Of a DNA stretch of 64,000 bases, positions 27,801-40,718 are shown piece after piece (the first letter of the stretch is position 1; every line of letters starts with the position of its first letter). The DNA comes from Chlorokybus atmophyticus (taxonomy: Eukaryota > Plantae > Mesostigma and Chlorokybus algae). A program made the translations under genes and the position numbers. The stretch covers positions 238,271-302,270 of the forward strand of contig RHPI01002438.1 of assembly GCA_009103225.1 (NCBI GenBank). The letters are read 5' to 3'. The notes below the pieces were generated by a model that was given only the letters and a program-made list of their open reading frames with translations, was not told the origin of the DNA and searched no databases.

Positions 27801-30800
27801 GCCGCGCAGCGCTCCGCCACTGAGAGGGCGGGGAGAGGACGGGCGGCGAGGGCCGCGTCGTACAACTCCTGGAGATGAGGAGAAAGTGAGATTGAGGGTA
27901 AGTATGCAAACCCCGCGCACACACACACACAGGTCTCTTGCCTGCCAGAGGGCGTCCGCCTCCGGTGCAGCGACAGGGTCCAAAGGCTCCAGTATCTCCT
28001 CAGCCCGCTCCAGATCCCCACTCTCAAGCGCCCCACCAAACTCCACAAGCGCCTCATCAAGAGCAATATTCACCTACACACCAGTTCGTGAGCAACCCTT
28101 TCCCCTCTCCCCCTTCTCCCCCCACCCCCACCCACCCACTCTCTCACCGTCGTCACCCCATCCTCCACCACCACATCCGTCCGTCCTCCCCGTCGTTCGA
28201 TCCCCACTACATCCCCTTTGACATCAAAGGCCGCGGCGCGTTCGGGTCGGGCGAGGGAATACCAGACGCGCAGGGAGGAGGAGGAGGAGTTGGATGAAGA
28301 GGAGGAGGAGGAGGAAGCGGATTGAGCGACGACGACGTCGGACAAGGGGACCCATTGGGCGTAGGCGCAGCGGGGGACGAGGGTCGTGCGGGTCTGCGAA
28401 AGGAGTGTGGGTGGGTGGGTGGGTAAGAGTGTGCTTTTGAGTGCACGTGCGAGTACGAAAGCGCGTGCATATACGCGCGGTGGTGTGGGCGTTTGGGTGT
28501 GCTTGAGCACATGCGAGCGCACACAAACACACGCACTTGCACGCAAGCACGCATACACGCACACAGATGCTGGTGTGGGTGAGCGTGTGTGTGCCCGCAT
28601 GATACGCAAACCGGTAAGCAATGTTGTGATTGCTAGTGTGTCTCTGTGCCGGGGTGTGCGCGCGTGTGCACGTGGCGTGGCAAGCAAGCAGGGGATGTTT
28701 ACACGACAAGTACTTGTTTTGCAATGTGGAAGAGATGAAGGGCCTTCCGTTTGTCACGGAAGAGCAGGTGGGACGCACGCGCGTTGAGCTCTAGCCAGTC
28801 TACGCGGCAGTCGTGGGACACCGTCCCCACATTCGCCCCCGTCGGCTGCACATCACCAACGTCAGGACACGTTGGTCATGCTACCACAAACCCACAAAGT
28901 CACACTCACCAAGTCCACGATGCGGATGGTCTGCACATCAATCAAGTATGCGATGCGCTTGCTTGCATCAAGTGTCCTCCCCCCAACACCTCGACTCTCC
29001 CCAAGCCTCACACTGCACAAAGACGTTGTCAGTCACACATACGCACACACTCTCACACATACACGCACACACCTCAGCAAGAAGGGTGAGACGTGTTCAG
29101 TTCGACACCCCCCAACAATCTCATTTCGCCCGTACTCAATCACCGCGAGCTCCCCCGCGCTGTGCACCATAATAGCGCCGGGCGTGTCGAAGAAGAAGCG
29201 CTCCCTCCCGCCACTATTATTCCGCCAAGGCACCTGACACATGTGATACGTCACATGCCTGAGTATGTGTACTTTTGGGGGGTGCATGTACACACACACA
29301 CACACACACCTCGCTGAGCTTGCAGGTCTCGAGGTCCCCGACGAGCAGGGTCTCGGGCGTGTTGGCCACCACAAACTGGTCCTTGTAAACGTTGATCTTG
29401 GTGATCTCGTAGCCGAAGTGGGACTTGAGAAGGGTGCGGGTGCCCGTAGTGAGCTTCTTGACTAGCACCTGTGCGTGTGCGTGTGCATGTGTGTCAACGT
29501 AACAACTGCATCATCAACAGTACCGGCGATGCATCAACGTACCTGCGAGTGCGTGACGTACGTAAACTCAAACCGCCCTTTGTACCTCTGCCGCTTTATG
29601 CACGCCTCGTACATGTCCACACTCCCGCACAGCGACCCAACTCCCAACCGACTGCACACACACAACACCCACTCACTCTCCCAACACGAGACGAGCACCC
29701 AACCACACCCACACACACCCACACACACCCACACACGAACGCGCGCGCATGCGCGCAGCGGCCAAGCGAACAACCTAGCATCCACGTGCATGCGCACGCA
29801 TGTGTACACTCACACACAAGCACGTGCACACGCACGTATGGGTGTCTGGGTGTCTGTGCGCGCGCACGCACGCTTGCGACAACAACAACAACAACAACGG
29901 CTTCACCCACCTCCCGTCCCCTTTCCACGCCACCGCCGTCACCCCGTACAGGTTCTCCGCCCCGACTCCCGCCCCCCCGGCCTCCTCCCAGCGCCTCCGC
30001 CCCGGCTGCCACGCGAACAGGAGCGCGCCGCGCCAGGAGCCCACCGCGACCACGAGGCCGGAGGAGGGCGGGCCGGCGGAAGCCACAGTGAACTCGCGGA
30101 CGCTGCTGTCCGAACCGTCGGGGTTGCTACTGCTGCTGTAGTCGAACTGCTGGAAGACACCGCCATCTCGGTCGTAGAAGACCACCTAACGGAGAGGAGT
30201 AACGCGTGCGTGCGTGCGCGCGTTGCTGTGCTTGGTGTGCGTGCGTGTGCGTACGCACCAAAGACGCTACGTGCGTACAAGCTTACTTACTTTGCAGTCG
30301 TTGCCGGCGGCAACTATGTGTTCTCCCCAGGCCAGTGCGTACGGCACGCACGCTGCGCAAAGAGGGTGAGTTGGTAGTAAGCAACAACATGTGGTTGCTG
30401 TAAGGCATGGTTGTAGCACAATAGTGTAATCCGCATACACAAATTCTGTCCGCAGTGCCTAAACCTGACATTGACATCGTCAAAGTGTGCACACAACTTG
30501 ATGGCGTGTACCGTGGTGCGTGAACTTGGTAACGGCAGGGCCAGCCGCCCCGTCCTCATAGTAGAAGCTGCGTGCATGCAACATCCACACACCATCAGCA
30601 GCTACACCCACTACACACATCAAGACAAGCACCAACACAAACGCGCGCACGCAAACAGACGCATACGTCCAACCACCCCGTTACCGATAAATGCTCCCAT
30701 CCAGATGCGCCGAGATCAATCCCGTCCCGTCCGGCGCCGTCGCCATCGCCACGGCGTACGACCCCGCGGGGTGCGCGTACAGCGTCGCGGCGCGGTTGGT

Positions 30801-31525
30801 CCGCAACGCGCCGGAACGGACCTTGCCGTCAGACAGGGCGAAGGCCAGATCGGAGGGGCGACGTGAAGCCCATGCTAGGGCCGTCACGGCGCAGGATTGA
30901 GGGAACTTGTTGCAGATGGACTTCTTCTCGCCCCAGTCCAACCTGGACACGACGAGTTGGGTACGCAACCATGCGCATGTACACACGGCATCGTGTTGCG
31001 TGCACGTGCGTGCTCTCGGGCACACGTACGCACGATTTGTCACATGTGCGTACCCGAGTTTGTAGATGAAGACGATGTCGTCGCTCTGCGCCACCGCCAG
31101 CTTGGTTCCATCCGGCGACCACGCCAGCCCCCTTAAACACACACAACACATCATCAACCAAACATCCTTCACCCCAACTCAATCCATCTCCTCTCCCTCA
31201 CCTCACGACGTACTGCTTGGTGGTCCCCGCGGTGGTCCCGTTGTTCTCGGCCCCGTTGGCGCCCCCCTCAGCGGCGGTGTTGTTCGGTTTCGTCGCGAAC
31301 TTGTCGCGGCGCTCGCCGGCGTCGTCGAAGAGGTGGACCACGCGCTCGCCGGTAGCCACGGCGAGACGGTGGCTGAAAAGACGTATGGGTATGAAAGGGT
31401 GAGTGCACACAGATAAACATACGTGCGCGTGTATGTATGTATTTGTGTGCACAACTGCACATACACACGCACACACATACACGCACACGCACATGCACAC
31501 ATGCGGGGGGAGGGAGGGAGGGAGG

Positions 31526-31603
<78 letters not shown>

Positions 31604-32402
31604 GAGAGANNNNNNNNNNNNNNNNNNNNNNNNNNNNNNNNNNNNNNNNNNNNNNNNNNNNNNNNNNNNNNNNNNNNNNNNNNNNNNNNNNNNNNNNNNN
31701 NNNNNNNNNNNNNNNNNNNNNNNNNNNNNNNNNNNNNNNNNNNNNNNNNNNNNNNNNNNNNNNNNNNNNNNNNNNNNNNNNNNNNNNNNNNNNNNNNNNN
31801 NNNNNNNNNNNNNNNNNNNNNNNNNNNNNNNNNNNNNNNNNNNNNNNNNNNNNNNNNNNNNNNNNNNNNNNNNNNNNNNNNNNNNNNNNNNNNNNNNGGG
31901 GGTCCCCACGTCAATTTTGCAAAGCTTCATGTCGGTAACAGTGCATAATGTGCTGCGGGATGCATAAGCGGGTTTGGTTACGCTCATGTATCTCCAACGC
32001 CGTGTCCGTGTGAGGGGGAAGCAGTGCAAATCACACAATGGTGCTAGCAAAGCCTGGATGAACCCACGACGAGCATATCAAGAGCTCAAATCACACATGC
32101 TACGTGAGCGACTGTGTGAACTATGATATGCCAACACGCTTGGAAGGATGGCGGCATGAATGAGGTTGTCTATGTGTGTGACCAATCACGCATCCAAGTC
32201 AGAATTAGGGTTGCTTGTCTGAACTCGTTGGCGACGCCCACCCTTCAAAATGAAGTAAAAGCAAGTGTTGTACCACACAAGCTGCTTGAGTTCTGAAAAC
32301 CCTAGTCATGCTGACTTACTTTGTTGGCGACCACGCCAGCGCCGCCACCTTGCATATCCCCTCACTGGGAGGCAGCAGGCCCCGCTGCCGCCGGATCTGC
32401 AT
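21463..32402 (-). CDS. IFT172: Intraflagellar transport protein 172 (WD40 + TPR-like solenoid + C-terminal Cys-rich domain), roughly 30 exons
   Basis: Exon 1 [57 protein letters not shown]; [25 protein letters not shown]; [14 protein letters not shown]; CRTEHVSP; [22 protein letters not shown]; C-terminal CxxC pairs ending [12 protein letters not shown]. The long VC/TH-rich ORFs in the track are exons read through into microsatellite introns. Confidence 0.95.
21759..21870. repeat. (GT)n/(GTCT) microsatellite in the last IFT172 intron
   Basis: Direct reading of the sequence. Confidence 0.95.
31531..31897. repeat. (GA)n tract running into an assembly gap (N 31610-31897), IFT172 intron 1
   Basis: Direct reading of the sequence. 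Confidence 0.95.
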
Positions 32403-32706
32403 TTCTGCCCCTCGCCACAACACCAATACCTGTGTCCTTGGTGTAGTTCACAAAAACTGCTACGTCAACGACGCCGGCAGCGGCCGAGCAACCGCCGCCG
32501 CCGCCGCCGCCGTCGCCGCCCTCGACATGCCCAACCCCCTCACCGCCAACAACCAACCCTCTCACAACGTTTTGTTTTATTTTGTTTTATTGTTTGCTTT
32601 AGCTCACGTGATGCGCACAAGCGCACAAGAAGCACAAGCGCACTAGCGCACAAGTGCACAAGAGCACATGATTGGCCAAATGGATATGTCGTACGGACAG
32701 AGCGCA

Positions 32707-34588
32707 ATGGCGTCTTCGGCGGCGGCGGCGGCGGCATCGTCGTCGGCGGGAGTGCTGTCGTCTCTGGTCGTGGCACCAAGGGTTGTGCAGTTGAGAGCCA
32801 ATGGCGCTGGTGGGTGTGGCGGGAGAGGGAGGGTTGGCTTTGTTGTTGGCTGTAGACGGGGTCGCAGGTCGGTCGTCACATGCAGCACCACTGCTGGGAG
32901 GGAGGACACCGCCCACACCGCCGCTGACACCGCCTCCGCCTCCTCGACGTCCAGACGTGCAGCTATCGTTGGCGCCGTCGCTGTTGCGGCGACAGCATGG
33001 GCAGCTAACGCTAGGACCGCCTCTGCTGGTAACCACAGCAGCGGCATTGCATTACATGCCTTCCTGTGTGCAATATCATAAACAAAGACTACTGAAGCAG
33101 TTGCTTGATTGTTCACTTGCTTGCGTGCTTGCATGTATGCTTGCTAATTCAGCGCTTTGCACTTCGTTGTCACGCGCAATTGTCGTTGTGAACAGGATCG
33201 AATCCGTGGGAGAGTCTGATGGAGATGAAGAGGAAAAATCAGCAGCGATTCTTGCTGGTGAGTTGCGTTGTGTCATCGGTTTTGACCATGCCTTGCCACA
33301 GCAGCAACATCAGCAGCAGCACTGATGCTGCGATGTATCACATTCACCATTGCTGGACATATCTCATCTGTTTTGTCAAGCATGCATGCAATTGCTCTCA
33401 GTTGTTACAGACACAGCACATTGTTTTCATAGCACCACATTTGTTGTCATTGTTGCAAGTTTTTTGCTTGCAGTTACAGCTTGAGCTTAACTCGCTCACC
33501 TTGCCCAGACTCCCATCAAAGTGTCCCGGCAGAAGCTGCAAGCGGCGCAGCAGCTGGCGGCGGCACAGGAGTACGAGAAGGCTGTGCAGGTGCACCACAA
33601 TAAAAGAGATCCGGAGTGTTGCCCCCAGTCTGCATTGGCATTGATGCTCTCACTTGTATAACTGCATTCTTACTCGCGAAATTGATGCAATGTCCCCACC
33701 AAACCACTCACACACAATCAAGACAGGTGCACTTAAGTCACGGCTTGCACGCATTCATTGGTCTCTAAGTAACGCATATCAGCATACACATACGGGTACT
33801 GTGCTGATGGCATGAATCGATACGATGATGTTTGCCGCAGGCAGTGCGCGGTGCCACGCTCGATTGTCTAACGGATCCAGGGGAGCCGACGAGCATCGAG
33901 CAGTTTGTCACCAGCCAGTATGCCAAGGTACACCCTCTTGCATGACTCGATGCACCCACCGCGACACAGCTTGCTCACAAGTGATTGTTCTGATTGCGTG
34001 TGTATCAACAGTTGCGGAGCGTGTGCACGTGGAGGATCGTGCTGAACGGCGCCACGGTGGGGCCTGGAAGGGTGGACGAGTTGATGAAAGGGGTGCGCGG
34101 GCAGGAGCTGCGGGACGAGGCGTACGGTGCGATAACCAAGTTGACGAGGTACTTATGGGTTGCGGCGTCGTTGTCAATAACAAGAAGAATGGTTGCTTAT
34201 TGTTGTTGCAAGCCGCTCGGTGTTGTCAATGCTTGCGCGCTTGTGTGTGTTTGTGCGCATGCGCGTGCGTGCGTGACACATTACAATCCTCCTTTTGCTT
34301 CCGCTCTGCTGCTCATTATCACCAACCTCACCGCTTGTCATGCGTGCAATCATTAAATTAGGATGCACCTTACCCAGATCCATCATCGTCTGATTGTTTT
34401 GCAATCCCTTTTCCGACAGGGATTGCGACAAGCTGTACATGCTGCTTCAGGACTCCTGTTTCGACAACAAGGCGCGCGACTTGGTCCCCGCGGCTTTCCA
34501 ATCCGCATACGGCTCGCTCGACCGGTTTGAGCTCGCGCTGGCGGCTTGCCTCGGCGCCGACGAGAGCATGTTGAGGACGGAGGCTTAG
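32707..34588 (+). CDS. Plastid-targeted uncharacterised protein with a Tat-like bipartite presequence (possible PsbQ-like lumenal protein)
   Basis: Ser/Ala/Arg-rich transit peptide, then SRRAAIVGAVAVAATAWAANARTASA (twin Arg, hydrophobic stretch, AxA). Spliced exons read KNQQRFLL/TPIKVSRQKLQAA.../AVRGATLDCL.../VCTWRIVLNGA.../SLDRFELALAACLG, resembling a conserved green-plant hypothetical protein. Confidence 0.65.
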
Positions 34589-35469
34589 GAGGCTTGTTGG
34601 ACATGGGTTGAGGCGGGTGGTTGTGCATAGGGCGGATGCGTGCCATGAGATGGCGTAGTGGTGAGAGGGGTTTTACATCTGCGGTAATGCTCGTTACCGC
34701 AGAGGACAAGTTATGGATGGATATATATGGTAATGTGCGATGAACTGTTTTGCATTTGCTGTCACGGGTTTGTTTGAGCTGTATGACTGCTGTCTGGTAA
34801 CAGGTGCAAGTGACGGAAAGGACTCAGCATGCAAGGCGAGTGTGTGCATTGCACTGTTGAACATGGAATACTTGGCATTGCATATGGCAGGTGCTCGTGC
34901 CTCCTCACTGATGCAGCTCGAATAGCAGTCTTATAGATTGACTTCTGCAGTTCTGCTGTAAATCCTGTGTGCATGCTAGAACAAAGCAATTTGCGCGTTT
35001 AGTGCGACAAGTGGATTGCACACATCACCTCAACACATAACTGCACGCAGTTGTACACAGTTTCTCCTACGTATTGCTGTATGTTCTTATCCACGGTTAG
35101 TGAATGGCTTAGACTCAACGCACAGATGGAGGCAATTGCAATTGTTGACAATGACTGATAGTACGCAGCACAAGCCCCGCGTGCACTCCCGCATCACGCG
35201 GGTTCCTATCTTGCTTCGTCCTGATTGTGATACGAGATACTGTCCAACACAAGCGGATGGGAAAGTGCGCATCGGCAGCCAGCATGTCGGGGTTAGGAGC
35301 GACCAAAGCATGCCTAGCATGAAACGAGCTGACCTCATGTTTAGATGTATGTCACAGTACAAATAGAGAGACTACTACTATGTGGGGCATAGAATTGCCC
35401 GGATGCGAGTAACAGCCACAAGGCTCATGCGACATGCTGGTAAAAATGCACGGATGCGTGCGCATGCGC

Positions 35470-38383
35470 TCATCTCACGACGGAAGAATGAACCTCAACG
35501 TCTGCAAGTACTACAAGTGCATGAATCGCAGTCATTATTCGCAGCCTGTTGCGCTTGCAAAACTCTTTGTGCAGCCTCCAGTGCGCCACCTGCAGGCAGA
35601 GGTGACGTTGGCCACCACACTCAATACAACACGCACAACAATACAGAAGCGCACTAACAAAGGCGGAGAGGAGGTACAACACTTCACGTATGACGAGCAT
35701 GCGTGCACACACACGCACACGCACCTGACAGTCTCTGGAGCAGTAGTAGACGCTCTCGCACCCTCCACATTGGTTGAGAAAGGCATCCCTCTCCCCGATC
35801 CTCCCACTCGTAAGTCGCCTGCGGTCCCTTCCGCGTCGCCCGCACACGGCGCACTCCCTCACCGCCCTACTGTTGATCTTGTTCCCCTCGGCATCGTGGT
35901 CTTCCATGTGGTCATCGTGCAGCTATGTGTCAAGTTGTATGCTGGTTGTGAGGATCAGAAACAGACATAACCCATACATGCCACGCACTGTGCAGTGAAC
36001 AGATGCAAAAGGGACACGCTCTCACGTCGATGAGGAGGTCAAGCGCGTCATGTGCGAGTCGATTGGCAAATGGGTGCGCGTGTGCCCGCGCAAGGTGCTT
36101 CATGGCAGTGGCCGTGGCGTCTTGGTAAAGCAGCACGCGCCACCTGTCGGGCGCCTCGCACGCGCTCGCCATCATGCCTGCGCCCGTGAGGACTGCCCGC
36201 TGCAACTCCAGCGCCATCTCCGACGCAGTATCGGAACCGGACGCACGCGACGCGGGAGCTCCAGCGTGCTCACGCTTGTGACGAAAGCAGGAAAAGCGAG
36301 TACAGCGTATCTAACTCATCCCCGCAGGACCGAAGCGCTCCCCATGAGCACATGCATCCACATACGTGCGCACACACACACACACAGCGCACCTCAGCGT
36401 GATGCATACAGCTAATGTATCAGTCCTGTATTGGACTTGTACCACAGATCAAACACAACTGCGTGCATGTGCAAGTTGTGTTTGATCTACGACACTCTGA
36501 GTTTGAGAGTCTTTCAACATTATGACGAGGAGTGCAAGAGACTTCTCTCACCTTCTTCACGCACACGCCGACATTGGGTCCAAGACACGCCGAGCGTTCC
36601 AGAATCACGTGCACGCTACAGGTATGCTCCAAGGTTAACATGTGCTTTTTCACTGTCTTGATACGTTCTATGTTCAATATTCTTCGCAGAACCATCCACG
36701 CCTCCAGCCTGAACACCTCCGCCATCTGCACACGCACACACACATACACACGTTTCACAACAACACCTCAGGTCAGGGCCACAAGTGAGCCCAAACAAAA
36801 CTCATATCACTGAGGGCTTCGTTGGGCTGAGTCGTTAGCAATTCGTTGCGTGACATCAGAAAGAGAGCCATCTGTGCGAGGATGCCCCCGATGTGGCGTG
36901 CCAGGAGGCGTTGTCGCAGGATGCGTCTCCTCGCAAAAAGCCGCACCACTTTCTTCTTCCTCAGCAGTAAGCTTGCGGATCTTGTTGTTGTTGTTGTTGT
37001 TGTTGTTGCGGGCATGGGGAGGGCCAAGGGTGGTGGCGGCCTCGGCAGCGCATGCGAGCTCGGCCACGGTCTCCTTTAAGACCCGCGCCCACTGCTGCTT
37101 GGCGTGCATCTCCCAGCTCGGTGCGAGCTAGGCCATGCTCGGCTTCAACATCAACACAGCGTGATGAATCTGCACATGCATGCGTGAAGCATCGTCACCC
37201 CTCATTGCATACGACACACATGGGCACACACCGACACATGCCTGTGCGCACCCACACACCCACACGTACGAGCGCACGCACGCACGCACGCACATGCACA
37301 TGCACACAGGCACATGCACACAGGCACACGTGCACACACCCATGCGCGCGCAGGCACCTGTTGTTTTGCCAAACAGATGGCGTACAAAGAAACAGTATCC
37401 GTTTGCTTTGTTGGGTTGGCACCCGGCGACGGCGAAGAGGGACGCGTTGCACGCGGACATGACGCGCATGCCAGAGATCAGCTTGGTCAGGCCGAATGCC
37501 GTCGCCGCACATGCCACGTCCGGTAGCACCACGTTGGTGTCGGACACCTTCTTGTCTTCACTGGCGGGCTGATGAAGCCGACGCCAGGCCGTGTCCGCCG
37601 CCTGCATGTCTTCCCACGCGCTCTCCGCCATAGCGAAGCACTTGACGTCGTTGATGTTTTGACACCTGGCGTGCACACACCCATGAGCGCGTGTCATTGT
37701 GACAAGCATGAGTGTTGTGTAGGCTACATCACAAGCGTGCCAAAACACACACACACACACACTCACACACACACATGCTCCACACACATACGTGCACATG
37801 TGAACGTATCATTGTGTGGTCCTTGCATTGAGCATGTGTACGTTATGCATACAGAGTCATGCGTGCGACGCTGCACCTTGCAAGGAGGGATCCAACACGC
37901 AGTTCGACAGCACGGTCCCGAACAGCAGGCCACACGCAGATGGCCGACACCGCACGCAAGAGCTGCATGGGTACTCTGAGTGCCTGATCGGAGTTAGCTC
38001 CGGGAGGCGACTGCGCCCAGTCTCCTACCTGAAGGTCCCCGCCATTGTAGGTACTCCTCCAGCGCGCGCTTGTGCACGCCAAGGACGTGGGACTCCCCGG
38101 CCCCGAATGCCGCGGCGGCAGGTTCGGACGCGGCCGCGAGGCTGGCAATCGCACGCACGACGGCGAGGTTGAGTCCCGTCCACGGCCTCCACAGCATGTG
38201 TCTACGCCCGATTCCAACCTTACTGTTGCCATCGTCACTGCTTTGAGCCTCTGACCACTCTCCCCTTCCAGCGAGCATTGCGTGATGCGGCTGCTCAGCT
38301 GACACCACACTTTGCGCTAGAGTCCTTAGGTGCTTCCACGACGTCATAGAGCCTGCGTCTGCAGCAAGACTCACCACAGCCAT
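35470..38383 (-). CDS. MYND-type zinc finger protein (helical N-terminal region plus split C-terminal MYND); 5' end uncertain
   Basis: Last exons encode CAVC...CGGCESVYYCSRDCQ/VAHWRLHKEFC (MYND). Upstream GC-rich exon-like ORFs at 35930-36270, 36700-36735, 36810-37130, 37360-37670 and 37870-38200 have GT-AG borders. Confidence 0.7.
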
Positions 38384-38594
38384 CGACACCACCGCTCGCG
38401 CTCAGCTACAGACAGAGTTGGCATTGATCTTTGTTGCGGACGCTGCTCGCTTGCAGTCGGCTTCGGAAGGGACGCAGGTGCGTAGTCGACGGCGGTCCTG
38501 CGCGCCCGGATCACCGCTTTTCAAACTCTGAGTTCCGCACAGCCATGCGTCACCTACTTGGTTGGCCACACCCACTCTAGCACACATGCAGCTG

Positions 38595-39235
38595 TTCTCA
38601 TGTGGTTACCAGCTTACTAGTGCCCGAGACGAGGATATGACATCTTTTATGCGCCATGGCCATTGCATTGTGACACACGCTGCTGTACGCGACGCTGTTG
38701 CTGGTATCATGCGGGAGGCGAGCTACACCGTCCGTTGCGAGCAAACAAGGGTACTGCCTGTCCGAGAGGGTGAGCTTCTAGAAATGTCGTATGGACATTG
38801 TTGCCTCGGAGTGGGGTCGGGACTCGCGCATTCTACTCGACAACACCATCACCGGCAGCCACTACGTAGCGGGGATCAGCTGCACAGAGTGCGGAGCGCG
38901 AGAAGCGCTGCAAGTACTCGGACCATTTCCCGACAGACACGCTAATCCCGTTGGCGATCAAGTCACACGGCCGGATGGGTCGCCCGTTGATGGACTTGTT
39001 GGCTACTTGCGCGCGCCGAGCATTGAATGCTCGTGAGTTGAAGACGAGGTATTTATCACGCTTTGTGACTGCCTTCTGCCAGCGCATATCTGTCACATTC
39101 CAGCACGCGCAGGCCGCAGTCATTATGGCTCTAGCTGCAGCTGCAGTGCACGCAACCCCCTCCTTGCGTGTGCACGATAGACAGCATGTAGCACTTGAGG
39201 ACACTGCTCGTGTACAGCCTACTATGTGATTATAT
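38595..39235 (+). mobile_element. Degenerate 3' fragment of a CRE-like non-LTR retrotransposon (zinc knuckle remnant + restriction-like PD-(D/E)xK endonuclease)
   Basis: Frameshifted pieces: SCGYQL...HCIVTHAAVRDAVAGIMREASYTVRCEQTRVLP / MDIVA...LLDNTI / AEREKRCKYSDHFPTDTLIPLAIKSHGRMG...FCQRISVTFQHAQAAVI, in the order expected for the REL domain (H..RD, RxD..D, E..K..KY, P...E..G, QRIS..LQ..Q). Confidence 0.75.
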
Positions 39236-40296
39236 TCAAGCAGGGTGGCATTGGACACTGCACACCACAACCGCCAGTTGGCACCCGTGCAATGTATACT
39301 TCTTTAAAAGCATTCAGCTGCGTAGTGGACTCATGTGCCAAGCTGAAGTGCTGTTCTTCCGCTAAGGCTTAAAGAATAATCATAGGAGAAACTGCCGCAC
39401 GGCGAGCAGAACGGCGAGGAGGCGGAGGCGGAGGCGGAGGTGGAGGCGGAGTAGGCGGGCGGCGACACGTGGGCGACAAAGTCGTTGAAGGAAAGGGGAA
39501 CAACTAGGACGACGACCAAGAGGAGGAACCATTGTCCGGACAAGCGGTGCGGTTGTTTCCGGCCCGGTGGTTCAGACTGCTGTGGACGAGAGCGCAAAGA
39601 AGGAAGGTGAGCGGCGGGGCGGGAACATGTTTGCCCAGTGCAGTGTTCTGTGTGTGGTTGTCTCGAACTGGAAAAAGGCTGTGTGCATGTGCGCGTGCTG
39701 CTAATTGTTGGTGCGCTTCGGTCCCCCATGCATGTATGGATGCCGCTGGCGGAGGCTCTAGTTTTCAGCCTTGCTTTTGTAAAGTCAGGATTTGCACACT
39801 GTAGATAGCCCACTGTGCGCGTAACCATGCTGGCTGCCTGATGCAATAGTGCACCCCTGATGTATTCCGCTTTGCAATGCATGGGCAGGGTCACTTCATA
39901 GTGATACCACCAGCGCGTCTACATTATGCCTTGTGTCTCGCTGTCATGCATTCATTCCTGTGCGTTTGTTGCCGTGTGTAGTAAAGTAAATGCGCATGCC
40001 TCATCATGCCGTCAGCAAGCATTCCTATGCATTCGTGGTGGGCATGTGTGTCAACATGTAACTCTGCGAACCAGTGCGAACACACTTGACTTGCTTGCTG
40101 TCTTGCAACCGGTGCTAGCAAGCATGCAGTCCACGTGTCACTTGCGACTATACTTGCTTTGCACAACACCTCCAACTGTCATAAGCTCTGTCTACTTGTT
40201 GTTTTCATGTGTTCATCGAGTCCACACGGCTTGCTGTCACCAGGTCTTGCAAACAGAACGCTATTCATCTCTTTGAAAATCGAGCGAGCGAGAGCG

Positions 40297-40299
<3 letters not shown>

Positions 40300-40384
<85 letters not shown>

Positions 40385-40573
40385 NNNNNNNNNNNNNNNN
40401 NNNNNNNNNNNNNNNNNNNNNNNNNNNNNNNNNNNNNNNNNNNNNNNNNNNNNNNNNNNNNNNNNNNNNNNNNNNNNNNNNNNNNNNNNNNNNNNNNNNN
40501 NNNNNNNNNNNNNNNNNNNNNNNNNNNNNNNNNNNNNNNNNNNNNNNNNNNNNNNNNNNNNNNNNNNNNNNNN

Positions 40574-40624
<51 letters not shown>
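40300..40624. repeat. (GA)n tract on both sides of an assembly gap (N 40385-40573); probably one long microsatellite
   Basis: Both gap flanks are (GA)n. Confidence 0.9.
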
Positions 40625-40628
<4 letters not shown>

Positions 40629-40718
40629 TGCTTGCCGCAGAGTCGTCATCGCATTGAGTGCTGAGCAAGAGTGAGTGGTGTGAAGGCGGCTTCCTCTTGA
40701 CTGAGCGTAAGTGCTGTC

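Noticed and set aside
21274-31600. Many long ORFs rich in VCVCVC, THTHTH or RERERE in the ORF track
   Set aside because: They are microsatellite introns read in frame with IFT172 exons, not separate proteins.
31898-31942. [11 protein letters not shown] next to the gap as IFT172 exon 1
   Set aside because: A much better exon 1 ([28 protein letters not shown]) with a phase-matched gtaagt donor lies at 32320-32402.
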